The position numbers and the translations under genes are program-made. The notes under the pieces were generated by a model that saw only the letters and a program-made list of their open reading frames with translations, did no database searches and was not told the DNA's origin. From Oscillospiraceae bacterium (GTDB lineage Bacteria > Bacillota > Clostridia > Oscillospirales > Oscillospiraceae), in the NCBI GenBank assembly GCA_016295225.1, contig JAEDLP010000001.1, positions 10,605 through 74,604 of the forward strand: a DNA stretch of 64,000 bases, written 5' to 3'. Numbering within the stretch: the first letter of the stretch is position 1; each line of letters opens with the position of its first letter. Positions 1 through 8,860 of this stretch are shown in pieces.

Positions 1-569
1 ACGGCGTTGGGCTCGCTGACCAGCACTAGGTTCAGGTTTTCAAAGCCCCGGTCTGCCAGCTCCCCGCCCAGGATGTTCAATACAGGCTTGTTCTCATAGT
101 CGCTGACGGTCATGGTGCCGGGGAAACGGCGGATGACGCCGTCTCCCTTGCCGTCGTAGCTAACAGGGAAGGGGAGGCAAAGGGCCACATCCTTGGCCCG
201 ATCCAGCAGTGGTTCCAGGAGTTCCGCAGCGGCGAAGATCAGATCCTCCAGGGGGGCGGGATATTCCCGGCCGGGAACAGGGAAGCTGTCCCGGTCAGAA
301 AGAGTGGGTGTTCCATCCTCAAAGGTTACCAGGGAGACCCGGACGTCCCGGTCGTCGATCTCAGCCACAGCCACGGGCTGCCCGTCAGGCAGCGGGCCAA
401 AGGGCTTTAAGAAGGTGGGAAGCATGGGGATGGAGGATTTGCCTCCGTAAAGAGAAACGCGCATCTGCGCGAGAAAAAGCTGCGTCATGGTTCTCAGGTC
501 CATGGTGTCGGGAGACACGCAGCAGGACCGGAGCAAATCATCCAGTTGCGCGCGGGTAGTGGTGTCCAT
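1..569 (-). CDS. Hexokinase-fold protein with degenerate catalytic motifs (3'-partial, runs off the window)
   Basis: Not in the ORF track. Manual translation from ATG 569 (AAGGAGG RBS upstream) is open to the window edge: MDTTTRAQLDD...FLAQMRVSLYGGKSSIPMLPTFLKP...VAVAEIDDRDVRVSLV...VALCLPFPV...DGVIRRFPG...LVLVSEPNA. It aligns by eye to the hexokinase N-terminal domain. Confidence 0.7.
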   Translation of the reverse strand, partial: MDTTTRAQLDDLLRSCCVSPDTMDLRTMTQLFLAQMRVSLYGGKSSIPMLPTFLKPFGPLPDGQPVAVAEIDDRDVRVSLVTFEDGTPTLSDRDSFPVPGREYPAPLEDLIFAAAELLEPLLDRAKDVALCLPFPVSYDGKGDGVIRRFPGTMTVSDYENKPVLNILGGELADRGFENLNLVLVSEPNA

Positions 570-655
570 AAAACGATGCCTCCTTGGGTAAGATCTTGCT
601 TTCTATTATATCATCTTTTTCGGAAAGATAAAGGCCCGGAGGGGCGAAGAAGGAT

Positions 656-688
656 AAAAAAGAGACCGGCCAAAGCCGGTCTCTTTTT
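656..688 (-). terminator. Rho-independent terminator (possibly bidirectional) after the ADH gene
   Basis: AGAGACCGGC-caaa-GCCGGTCTCT stem flanked by A and T tracts. Confidence 0.85.
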
Positions 689-710
689 AGAAAACCTTTT
701 GTGAGAAGGA

Positions 711-1865
711 TTACTTGTACATAGCCTTATGATACAGAGCTTCGACGTCCTTCACGGTGGTGATTCTGGGGTTGACGGTGACGTTGCCGGACTTCATAGC
801 GTCGATAGCCATCTGAGGAATCTTGTCCTCGGTGACGCCCACGTCTGCCAGGCAAGCGGGGATGCCCAGGTCAGCGTTCAGCTGGCGCAGAGCGTCGCAC
901 AGCATCTGGGGAACGAAGTCAGCGCCGGCCTTCTTACCAGTGATGTACTCATAGATCTTAGCATAGCGCTCGTCAGCAGCCAGAGCGTTGAACTCGAAGA
1001 TGGTGGGCATCAGGACTGCGTTTGCCACGCCGTGTGCAACATGGAAGAATGCGGAGACGGGGTGGGACATAGCGTGGATGTCGCCCAGACGGTTGTTAGC
1101 GAAAGCAATGCCAGCGAAGGTGGAACCCAGCATCATAGCGCAAGCTGCGTCCACATCGTTGCGGCGAGCAACGAACTTACGGATGTTGGCGCCAATCAGC
1201 TCCATAGCCTTCTCGCCCATAGCCATTGCGAAGGGGTTAGCATCGGTGTTGATGTAGGACTCCATAGCGTGGATCAGAGCGTCAACGCCGCAAGCAGCAG
1301 CGACGGAAGCGGGAGCAGTCATGATCAGCTCGGGATCCAGGACTGCGTAGGTGGGAGAGATCTGGGGACCCAGGACGGACAGCTTGTAGTTACGAGCTTC
1401 GTCGGTGATAACAGCAGCAACGGTAACTTCGGAGCCGGTGCCTGCGGTGGTGGGAACAGCGATCAGAGTGTCGATGGGGCCGGGAACCTTGCCGACGCCT
1501 TCGTAGTCGCCGATGGTGCCGCCGAACTTAGCAACGACGCCAACAGCCTTAGCAACGTCCATGGGGGAGCCGCCGCCCAGAGCGATGATAGCGGTGCAGC
1601 CAGCAGCCTTGTACTGAGCAGCGCACTCGTCAACGATATCGGTGGTGGGGTTGGGCAGAACGTCCAGGTACTCAGCGTACTTCAGGTTGGCACCCTTGAT
1701 GATCTCGCGGACCTTATCCACGACGCCGATAGCCTCCAGGCCACGGTCAGAGATCAGCATGACGTTGTCGGAACCAGCAGCCTTCAGGAAGTCAGGCAGC
1801 TTCTTCAGTGCGCCCAGACCGAACTGGCAGTTCTGAGGAATGATGAAACCAAAATCTTTAATCAT
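711..1865 (-). CDS. Iron-containing alcohol dehydrogenase
   Basis: GGGSPMD and PTTAGTGSE motifs, metal ligands DALIH / IHAMSH / HG; strongly biased codon usage. Confidence 0.93.
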   Translation of the reverse strand: MIKDFGFIIPQNCQFGLGALKKLPDFLKAAGSDNVMLISDRGLEAIGVVDKVREIIKGANLKYAEYLDVLPNPTTDIVDECAAQYKAAGCTAIIALGGGSPMDVAKAVGVVAKFGGTIGDYEGVGKVPGPIDTLIAVPTTAGTGSEVTVAAVITDEARNYKLSVLGPQISPTYAVLDPELIMTAPASVAAACGVDALIHAMESYINTDANPFAMAMGEKAMELIGANIRKFVARRNDVDAACAMMLGSTFAGIAFANNRLGDIHAMSHPVSAFFHVAHGVANAVLMPTIFEFNALAADERYAKIYEYITGKKAGADFVPQMLCDALRQLNADLGIPACLADVGVTEDKIPQMAIDAMKSGNVTVNPRITTVKDVEALYHKAMYK

Positions 1866-1952
1866 AGGGATCGCATCCTTTCCAAAAATTACTCAATGAA
1901 CTATGCGGTCTATGCCGTTTAACCAAATCATGGATAAACTGTCCGCGCATTT

Positions 1953-1981
1953 AGTATAACATTGAAAAAGGTGACTGGCAA
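1953..1981 (-). promoter_or_regulatory. SigA-type promoter of the ADH gene
   Basis: Minus strand TTGCCA-17 nt-TATACT with TG extension. Confidence 0.65.
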
Positions 1982-2110
1982 GTTCTTACTACCTGAAAAT
2001 ATATAACAAGAATACAGGTTTGTTTTTGGCTATAATGTACACTTGACAGGATTTGAGGGGTGGTTTTCTTTGGGGAAATGGGATAATCCCGGTCAATCTG
2101 CATCAAAACA

Positions 2111-2161
2111 GAAAGGGGAACGGGAGAGAATCACAAAAAACCTCTCTACCCGCCCCTTTTG
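2111..2161. terminator. Imperfect hairpin, probable terminator downstream of 6S RNA
   Basis: AAAGGGG..CGGGAGAGA pairs with TCTCT.CCCGCCCCTTTT. Confidence 0.45.
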
Positions 2162-2228
2162 TGGGAGATAGAAAGGCTTCTCACAAAATATTGTGCTCTT
2201 TATCATTTTTTTAGAAGAAAAAATCAAA

Positions 2229-2417
2229 ACGCCCCGCTCTGGCCGTGGGGACCCAATTAAAACCTGCACGAGATGGCAGGTGGGTTGCCTCCGCTGTGCT
2301 TCTCTGCTTCCAACTTCCAACCGGAGGTCGGGAGGCCTGCAATTCACACAGCGAGTCAGCGTCCCGTTTCAAAAATGTGGGTTTAAAAGGGTCCGATTCA
2401 CGCACCGAGCAGGGCGT
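2229..2417 (-). ncRNA. ssrS: 6S RNA
   Basis: About 190 nt rod. Closing stem ACGCCCTGCTC/GAGCGGGGCGT, GGACCC/GGGTCC, central bubble (AAACCCACATTTTTGAAACGGGA ... CCCACCTG...CAGGTTT), apical CGCTGTG/CACAGCG stem; Firmicutes 6S architecture. Confidence 0.85.
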
Positions 2418-2445
2418 CCGTTATGATTTTATTTGGGCGGGAGGA

Positions 2446-2739
2446 TCATTCCTCGTCTTCGTCCTCAAAGAGGGTCTTCATAAATTCGGTATAGACCGCG
2501 TCGGTTTCTTCCTCGCTGTCCAGGGTAGAGAGAATTTCTTCTCCGTTTTCCTGGATGACCTTCATGAGAATCAGGCCCAGCTCTTCCTCGTCGTTGTCTT
2601 CTTCGTCCTCGCTGACAGCGGGGAAAAAGGCCATGTAGGTGGTGCCGTTGAACTCGATGGTATCCAGATGCTCCAGTTCGAATTCATTGCCTTCCTCGTC
2701 GGTCACGGTGATAAAGTTAGCGCCGTATTCTTCGCTCAT
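2446..2739 (-). CDS. DUF1292 domain protein
   Basis: Acidic 97 aa protein, ITVTDEEGNEFELEHLDTIEFNGTTY pattern, AAGGAG RBS. Confidence 0.85.
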   Translation of the reverse strand: MSEEYGANFITVTDEEGNEFELEHLDTIEFNGTTYMAFFPAVSEDEEDNDEEELGLILMKVIQENGEEILSTLDSEEETDAVYTEFMKTLFEDEDEE

Positions 2740-2980
2740 GGAATCCGCTCCTTTGTTTAGCTGCCCTTATTCTACCCCGTCCAAAGGAAAAATGCAAGGG
2801 AATAGGGCATAAAACTTTCCGTGAAGTTTCTGTAAAACCTGCGAAATCACGGATAGACAAATGAGAAAGGTGTGGTATAATACATAAAATAGGCGTAGCA
2901 ATATTTGTAACTGCTGAAAAGCAAAACCCTGAAAAATCAGCGGGTTCCCTTTTCTACCTATGGACATCGGAGGTGTCAAA

Positions 2981-5284
2981 TTGGAACACAATCGAGCAAG
3001 ACGAGACACACGAGCAAAGCGTAAGCGGAAAAAGCGCGGTCGCGGATTTAAGGTCATAATGACCATTGTGCTCATTTTCGTCATTACGATGGCAATGCTG
3101 GCCTGCATGGCAGCGGCCTACATCAAAAATGTCATTCTGCCTGAGGCGGATCTGAAGTTGGATGAGTACAACCCAAACCTGACCTCTACCATGTATTATA
3201 AGAACCCTGATACCGGAAATTATGTGGAAATGCAGGACCTTTATGCGGAGGAAAACCGCGTTTGGGTGGAGATCGATGAAATGCCCCAGGATCTGCTGGA
3301 CGCGGCTGTGGCCATTGAGGATAAGCGGTTCTATAAGCACAATGGTGTGGACTGGATTCGTACGGCCAAAGCAGTTCTCTGCATGTTTACTGGTGCGAAC
3401 GTCCAGGGTGGTTCTACCCTGACCCAGCAGCTCATCAAAAACATCACAACAGAAGACGACGTTACCGTCAAGAGAAAGGTTATGGAGATTTTCCGCGCCC
3501 TGGAGTTTGAGAAGAACTACTCCAAGGAGGATATCTTAGAGTGGTATCTGAACTACATCTACCTGGGCCAGCGATGCAACGGTGTGTACACGGCTTCCTA
3601 CAAGTATTTTGGCAAGCATGTCTCCGAGCTGAGTCTGGCCGAGTGCGCCAGCCTGATCGGCATCACCAACAACCCCTCCAAGTATGACCCTCTGGGCCAT
3701 CTGGAGATCGTGGATGAGGAGACCGGCGAGGTGACCACCTCCCGGGACTTCAACAAGCAGCGTCAGGAACTGATCCTCAAGTCCATGCTGGAGCAGGACT
3801 ATATCACCAAGGAGGAGTATGACGCGGCCATGGCCGAAGAGCTGAACTTCGACAACGGTAAGGATACCCAGGCCAATTCCGCCATCTACACCTGGTACGA
3901 GGATGCTGTCATCGACCAGGTTCTGGAAGATCTGATGGAGACCTACGACTGGTCCGAGGAATACGCCAAGACCAAGCTCTTCTCTGGTGGCCTGGAGATC
4001 TATACCTGTATGAATCCTGATGTGCAGGCGGCGGTGGATGAGATCTACAATAACCGGGAGAACCTGAACTTCACCTCGGCTTCGGGACAGGCGATCCAGT
4101 CTGCCATTACTATTATTGATAATGAGACCGGCGACGTGGTGGCCCTGGCCGGCGGCGTGGGTGAGAAGACCACCAGCCGTGGCTGGAACCGCGCCATCGA
4201 CAGTCTCCGGCCCCCGGGATCTTCCATCAAGCCCCTGTCGGTCTACGCCCCGGCCATCGAACTGGGCTATATCACCCCCAGCTCTACCTATGAGGATAGC
4301 CCTTATAAAACTGAGAACGGGAAGGGCTGGCCGGTGAATGCCACAGGCAGATACCAGGGCACGGTTTCCATTGCCAAGGCGGTCCGGGAGTCCATCAACA
4401 CCGTGGCTGTCAAGGTCTTGGATGACGTGGGCACCCAGACCAGCTATGAGTTCATGCGGGACCGCTTCCACATCCAACTGGTGGAATCCCGTGGCGTGGA
4501 AGACACCAACTTCACGGATATCGCCCTGGCCCCCCTGGCCCTGGGCGGTCTGACCGACGGCGTCAGCACTTATCAGATGGCGGCGGCCTACTCGGTCTTC
4601 CCCCGGATGGGTACCTATAAGGAGCCCCGGCTCTATTCTGTGGTTTTGGACAGCAGCACCCAGGAGGTGGTTCTGGACAATACCCAGGAGGTGGATGAGA
4701 ACACCCTGTCCGAGCGTACTTGCTTCTATATGACCGGAATGCTGGAGGACGTGGTCGCCGCCGGTACCGGTAAGAATGCAAATTTTGTCGGCCAGGATGT
4801 TGCCGGTAAGACCGGTACCACCACCTCCCGTAAGGACCTGTGGTTTGTGGGCTATACCCCCTATTATACCGCAGCGGTCTGGACCGGTTACGACCAGCAG
4901 GAGCGGCTGGCCTCCCAGTTGGGGAATCCCTCCACAACTCTGTGGCAGAAGGTCATGTCGAAGGTCCATGCGGGCCTGCCCTATAAGGAATTTGCCCAGC
5001 CCGATACCAGCCAGATGAAGGCAGTGACGGTCTGCGCCGTCAGCGGTAAGCTGCCCGGCCCGGCCTGCGGCGGTCATCTGACCACCCAGTACTTCTTCGT
5101 GGACGACGTGCCCACCAGCACCTGTACGCTCCACAAGATTGAGGCGCCGAAACCGTCGACGGGCGACGGAGAGGCTACCAAGCCCAGTGAGGGTGAGGCC
5201 ACAGAGCCTGAAGGCGGCGGTGAAGGCGGCGAGACCACGGCACCGGAAACTCCGGCCACAGATCCCACGACCCCGACCGAATAA
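2981..5284 (+). CDS. Class A penicillin-binding protein (PBP1A, transglycosylase/transpeptidase)
   Basis: N-terminal TM; EDKRFYKHNG, GGSTLTQQ, RKVME; transpeptidase SSIK, SIN, KTG; TTG start after GGAGG; P/E/T-rich tail. Confidence 0.95.
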   Translation: MEHNRARRDTRAKRKRKKRGRGFKVIMTIVLIFVITMAMLACMAAAYIKNVILPEADLKLDEYNPNLTSTMYYKNPDTGNYVEMQDLYAEENRVWVEIDEMPQDLLDAAVAIEDKRFYKHNGVDWIRTAKAVLCMFTGANVQGGSTLTQQLIKNITTEDDVTVKRKVMEIFRALEFEKNYSKEDILEWYLNYIYLGQRCNGVYTASYKYFGKHVSELSLAECASLIGITNNPSKYDPLGHLEIVDEETGEVTTSRDFNKQRQELILKSMLEQDYITKEEYDAAMAEELNFDNGKDTQANSAIYTWYEDAVIDQVLEDLMETYDWSEEYAKTKLFSGGLEIYTCMNPDVQAAVDEIYNNRENLNFTSASGQAIQSAITIIDNETGDVVALAGGVGEKTTSRGWNRAIDSLRPPGSSIKPLSVYAPAIELGYITPSSTYEDSPYKTENGKGWPVNATGRYQGTVSIAKAVRESINTVAVKVLDDVGTQTSYEFMRDRFHIQLVESRGVEDTNFTDIALAPLALGGLTDGVSTYQMAAAYSVFPRMGTYKEPRLYSVVLDSSTQEVVLDNTQEVDENTLSERTCFYMTGMLEDVVAAGTGKNANFVGQDVAGKTGTTTSRKDLWFVGYTPYYTAAVWTGYDQQERLASQLGNPSTTLWQKVMSKVHAGLPYKEFAQPDTSQMKAVTVCAVSGKLPGPACGGHLTTQYFFVDDVPTSTCTLHKIEAPKPSTGDGEATKPSEGEATEPEGGGEGGETTAPETPATDPTTPTE

Positions 5285-5291
5285 CGCAGTG

Positions 5292-5327
5292 AAAAAGCGG
5301 GCCCCGGCAACCCGGGGCCCGTTTTTT
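5292..5327 (+). terminator. Rho-independent terminator
   Basis: GCGGGCCCCGG/CCGGGGCCCGT followed by T tract. Confidence 0.88.
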
Positions 5328-5471
5328 ACATGATTTGTCGAAAAAAGAACAGAAAAAAGAGAGAAAACTGTCGCTCAGACAAATACTTTTTATTGCCATA
5401 CAGAGACAGATGTGGTAGAATGATGTTCACCACAGAAACAAATGGCCGCACAGTGAGGACGGAGGGGGACC

Positions 5472-5912
5472 ATGTCAAAAGCACCAAACTATTATATTGT
5501 GGATGCAGACGCTCTGCCGGAGATTTTCCGCAAAGTGGTGGAAGCCCGGCGGCTCCTGGATACCGGAGAAGCGGAGACTGTGAACCAGGCAGTCAGAGCC
5601 ACCGGCATCAGCCGCAGCGCCTTTTATAAGTATAAGGATGCAGTCCGACCCTTCCAGGATATGCTCCATGGCCGGATCGTCACCTTCCAGATGATGCTCA
5701 AAGATCAGCCGGGGATTCTGTCTCAGGTTCTGAATCTCTTTGCGGACTCCGGAGCCAACATCCTGACCATCAATCAGGGCATTCCGGTGAACGGCTGCGC
5801 TGTGGTGACAGCCAATGTGGAAACCTCCGGTCTCCGGGAGACCCTGCAGGAATTGCTGGAACACATCGACCGGGCTGAGGGCGTCCTTCGGGCCGAGATC
5901 CTGGCGGGATGA
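5472..5912 (+). CDS. ACT domain regulator (UPF0735 / PheB-ThrR family)
   Basis: LPEIFRKVVEA..., GISRSAFYKYKD HTH, C-terminal ACT domain; precedes hom. Confidence 0.88.
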   Translation: MSKAPNYYIVDADALPEIFRKVVEARRLLDTGEAETVNQAVRATGISRSAFYKYKDAVRPFQDMLHGRIVTFQMMLKDQPGILSQVLNLFADSGANILTINQGIPVNGCAVVTANVETSGLRETLQELLEHIDRAEGVLRAEILAG

Positions 5913-5961
5913 TTTTTAATAAATGTAGTAAAGCTGATTACGTGAAAAGGACGGCGTTTAT

Positions 5962-7155
5962 ATGGTAAAAGTAGCAATTTTAGGTTTTGGCGTTGTTGGC
6001 TCCGGTGTGGCGGAGGTCATCACCGGCAACGGCGCTGGTATCAGCAAGAAAGCAGACGATCTCGTCGAGCTGAAATATATCCTGGACGTGCGGGATTTTC
6101 CCGACAGTCCTTTTGCGCAGAACTTCGTCAAGGACTTCGCGGCTATTGAGAATGATCCCGAGGTCAACGTGGTGGTGGAGACCATCGGCGGTGTAGGTGC
6201 TGCCCTGGATTTCACGGAGCGTGCGCTGAAGGCCGGCAAAAGTGTGGTCAGCTCCAACAAGGAACTGGTGGCCACCCATGGCCGCCGTCTGCTGGATCTG
6301 GCTGCCGAGAACAACGTGGTCTATCTCTTTGAGGCCAGCGTGGGTGGCGGGATTCCCATTCTGCGCCCCCTGAGCGAGTGTATGGCAGCCAACGACATCC
6401 TGGAGATCTGCGGGATCGTCAACGGCACGGCCAACTATATCTTCACCCGCATGGTCCAGGACGGCATTCCCTTCGAGGAAGCCCTGCGGGGCGCTCAGGC
6501 CAACGGGTATGCCGAGCAGAATCCCACGGCCGACGTGGAGGGGATGGATACTTGCCGTAAGCTGTGCATCCTGTCTTCCATCGCATTTGGCTGGCATCTC
6601 CTGCCGGAACAGGTTCCCACCACCGGCATTACCAAGATCACCCTGGCTGACGAGGCCTATGCGGCCGCCTGCGGCATGCGCATCAAGCTCCTGGGCCGGG
6701 CCATCGCCCAGGAAGACGGCTCCGTCTGCCCCTTTGTTGAGCCTCACTTTGTCAGTCTCCAGGACCCCCTGGGCGGCGTGGAGGACGTATTCAACGCCAT
6801 CAAGGTCAAGGGTGACGCTGTGGGTGACGTGATGTTCTACGGCCGGGGCGCCGGTAAGCTGCCCACCGCCAGCGCTGTGGTGGCCGACGTCATTGCCGCC
6901 GCCCGGAAGCTGACCCGGGCCGGTTATCATCCCTGGCAGGCCAACCGCCCCGACAGCGTCATGCCCAGCGACAAGTTGGCCAGCCGTTGGTATGTCCGCC
7001 TGGCTGAGGGCGGGCTGTCCGCAGAAGAGAAGCTGACCATTGACCAGGCGGTAGCCGGCGAGAGCGGCTGGATTACCGAGGCCATGACCCGTCCTGAACT
7101 GAACAAGATGCTGGAGGGAAAGGCTGTTCTCTCTGTCATCCGTGTTCTGGACTGA
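5962..7155 (+). CDS. hom: Homoserine dehydrogenase
   Basis: GFGVVGSG, EASVGGGIP, NGTANY, GYAE..PTADVEG, GRGAGKLPTASAV. Confidence 0.96.
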   Translation: MVKVAILGFGVVGSGVAEVITGNGAGISKKADDLVELKYILDVRDFPDSPFAQNFVKDFAAIENDPEVNVVVETIGGVGAALDFTERALKAGKSVVSSNKELVATHGRRLLDLAAENNVVYLFEASVGGGIPILRPLSECMAANDILEICGIVNGTANYIFTRMVQDGIPFEEALRGAQANGYAEQNPTADVEGMDTCRKLCILSSIAFGWHLLPEQVPTTGITKITLADEAYAAACGMRIKLLGRAIAQEDGSVCPFVEPHFVSLQDPLGGVEDVFNAIKVKGDAVGDVMFYGRGAGKLPTASAVVADVIAAARKLTRAGYHPWQANRPDSVMPSDKLASRWYVRLAEGGLSAEEKLTIDQAVAGESGWITEAMTRPELNKMLEGKAVLSVIRVLD

Positions 7156-7264
7156 GACCCGACGCGCCCCGACAGCATAGGATAAGGGGTACTATATAAA
7201 TTACGTAGACAATTGCATCCCTATGGCGCGGGCGACCTGCGCCATACGTTTGGAGGTATGAAAT

Positions 7265-8479
7265 ATGGGACTGATTGTACAAAAATTTGGCGGCTCTTCG
7301 GTGGCCACCACCGAGCGCATCCAGAACGTTGCGCGGATCATCACGGAGACCTATAAAAAGGGGAACAACGTGGTGGCCGTCCTCTCTGCTCAGGGCGACA
7401 CCACTGATGATCTCATCGAAAAGGCAAAGGAGATCAACCCGAAGGCATCCCGCCGTGAGATGGATATGCTTCTGTCCACCGGTGAGCAGATCTCCTGCGC
7501 TCTCTGCGCCATGGCCATTGAGGCCCTGGGCTTCCCGGTGGTCTCCCTGACCGGCTGGCAGGCTGGCGTCCAGACCAACAGCAGCTACAGCAACGCACGG
7601 ATCAAGAAGGTCCGCACGGAGCGCATCCAGTCTGAGTTGGACCGCAACCACTCCATCGTCATTGTCACCGGTTTCCAGGGCATCAACAAGTTTGATGACA
7701 TCACCACTCTGGGTCGTGGCGGTTCTGATACCTCCGCTGTAGCGCTGGCCGCATCTCTGAAGGCCGATCTGTGCCAGATCTACACCGACGTGGACGGCGT
7801 TTATACGGCAGATCCCCGCCATGTGGAGGGAGCCAGAAAGCTGGACGAGATCACCTTCGATGAAATGCTGGAGCTGGCCAGTTTGGGCGCGCAGGTGCTG
7901 CACAACCGCTCCGTGGAAATGGCAAAAAAGTATCGTGTGAATTTAGAAGTGCTGTCCAGCTTCAGTGGAAAGCCGGGCACAAAAGTCAAGGAGGTAGTGA
8001 AGACTATGGAAAAGACCCAGATCAGCGGTGTTGCGAAAGACAAGAATGTGGCCCGTCTGGCCCTTGTGAATGTGGAAGATAAGCCTGGTATCGCCTATCA
8101 GGTGTTCTCTTTGCTGGGTCAGAAGAATATCAACGTGGACATCATCCTGCAGTCCATGGGCCGCGGCGAGTCCCAGGACATCAGCTTTACCGTCAAGCGC
8201 GACGACGCCGACCAGGCTATGGAACTGCTGCAGGAGCACAAGGCCGCCCTGGGCTTCGAGCGGGTCGATGTGAACAAGGAAGTGGTGAAGGTCTCCATCG
8301 TGGGCGCCGGCATGCTGGACAACGCAGGCGTGGCGGCAAAAATGTTCGGCGCACTGTACGACGCCGACATCAACATCCATATGATCTCTACCAGTGAGAT
8401 CAAGGTCTCCGTCCTGCTGGATGAGGCCGATGCCAACCAGGCGGTTCAGGCCATCCACAACAAATTCTTTGAGGAATAA
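7265..8479 (+). CDS. lysC: Aspartate kinase
   Basis: VQKFGGSSV, TTLGRGGSD, YTDVDGVYTADPR, two C-terminal ACT domains. Confidence 0.95.
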   Translation: MGLIVQKFGGSSVATTERIQNVARIITETYKKGNNVVAVLSAQGDTTDDLIEKAKEINPKASRREMDMLLSTGEQISCALCAMAIEALGFPVVSLTGWQAGVQTNSSYSNARIKKVRTERIQSELDRNHSIVIVTGFQGINKFDDITTLGRGGSDTSAVALAASLKADLCQIYTDVDGVYTADPRHVEGARKLDEITFDEMLELASLGAQVLHNRSVEMAKKYRVNLEVLSSFSGKPGTKVKEVVKTMEKTQISGVAKDKNVARLALVNVEDKPGIAYQVFSLLGQKNINVDIILQSMGRGESQDISFTVKRDDADQAMELLQEHKAALGFERVDVNKEVVKVSIVGAGMLDNAGVAAKMFGALYDADINIHMISTSEIKVSVLLDEADANQAVQAIHNKFFEE

Positions 8480-8496
8480 AAGGGAAATCCTATCAT

Positions 8497-8538
8497 AAAA
8501 AGAGGAGTTGGGGGAATTGCCCGGCTCCTCTTTTCTTT
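8497..8538 (+). terminator. Rho-independent terminator
   Basis: AAAAGAGGAGTTGGG/CCCGGCTCCTCTTTT. Confidence 0.8.
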
Positions 8539-8617
8539 GGGGGAAAATCTTGGTGGAAACGACTAAAAGTCTAAGGGAAAGAGAAAAATTTTTTTTCAAA
8601 TGCAATACATTCCTATC

Positions 8618-8646
8618 TTGTAATTTGCAGAATCCTTTGTTATAAT
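8618..8646 (+). promoter_or_regulatory. SigA-type promoter of etfB-etfA-acd
   Basis: TTGTAA-17 nt-TATAAT with TG extension. Confidence 0.75.
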
Positions 8647-8860
8647 ACGACCGTAGTGTAATGGACAGGGTATACTCTGTGTACCTTTCCAATGAAACGT
8701 CTGCCACCGGGGAACCCACCTGGTCTGGCGTTTACGATAAACCGGATTTTTCCGCCCCGGCTGGGAAGGGGAGAGGGCTCGCCCGCGAACCGGACCGGAA
8801 GTTGCGGAAAAACTGGTATTATCGAAAATAAAACAAATTTTTAATAGGGGGAAATCAGAA

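Noticed and set aside
2093..2426. Small ORFs between the ADH gene and DUF1292
   Set aside because: They overlap the 6S RNA and hairpins and have no RBS or coding-like composition.
5140..5284. Repetitive P/E/T/G-rich sequence at the PBP1A 3' end
   Set aside because: Ordinary disordered tail of class A PBPs, not an array.
8653..8860. FMN riboswitch upstream of etfB
   Set aside because: Lacks the conserved AGGGC..GGTGAAA.TCCC.ACCG..GGT core; kept only as an unknown structured leader.
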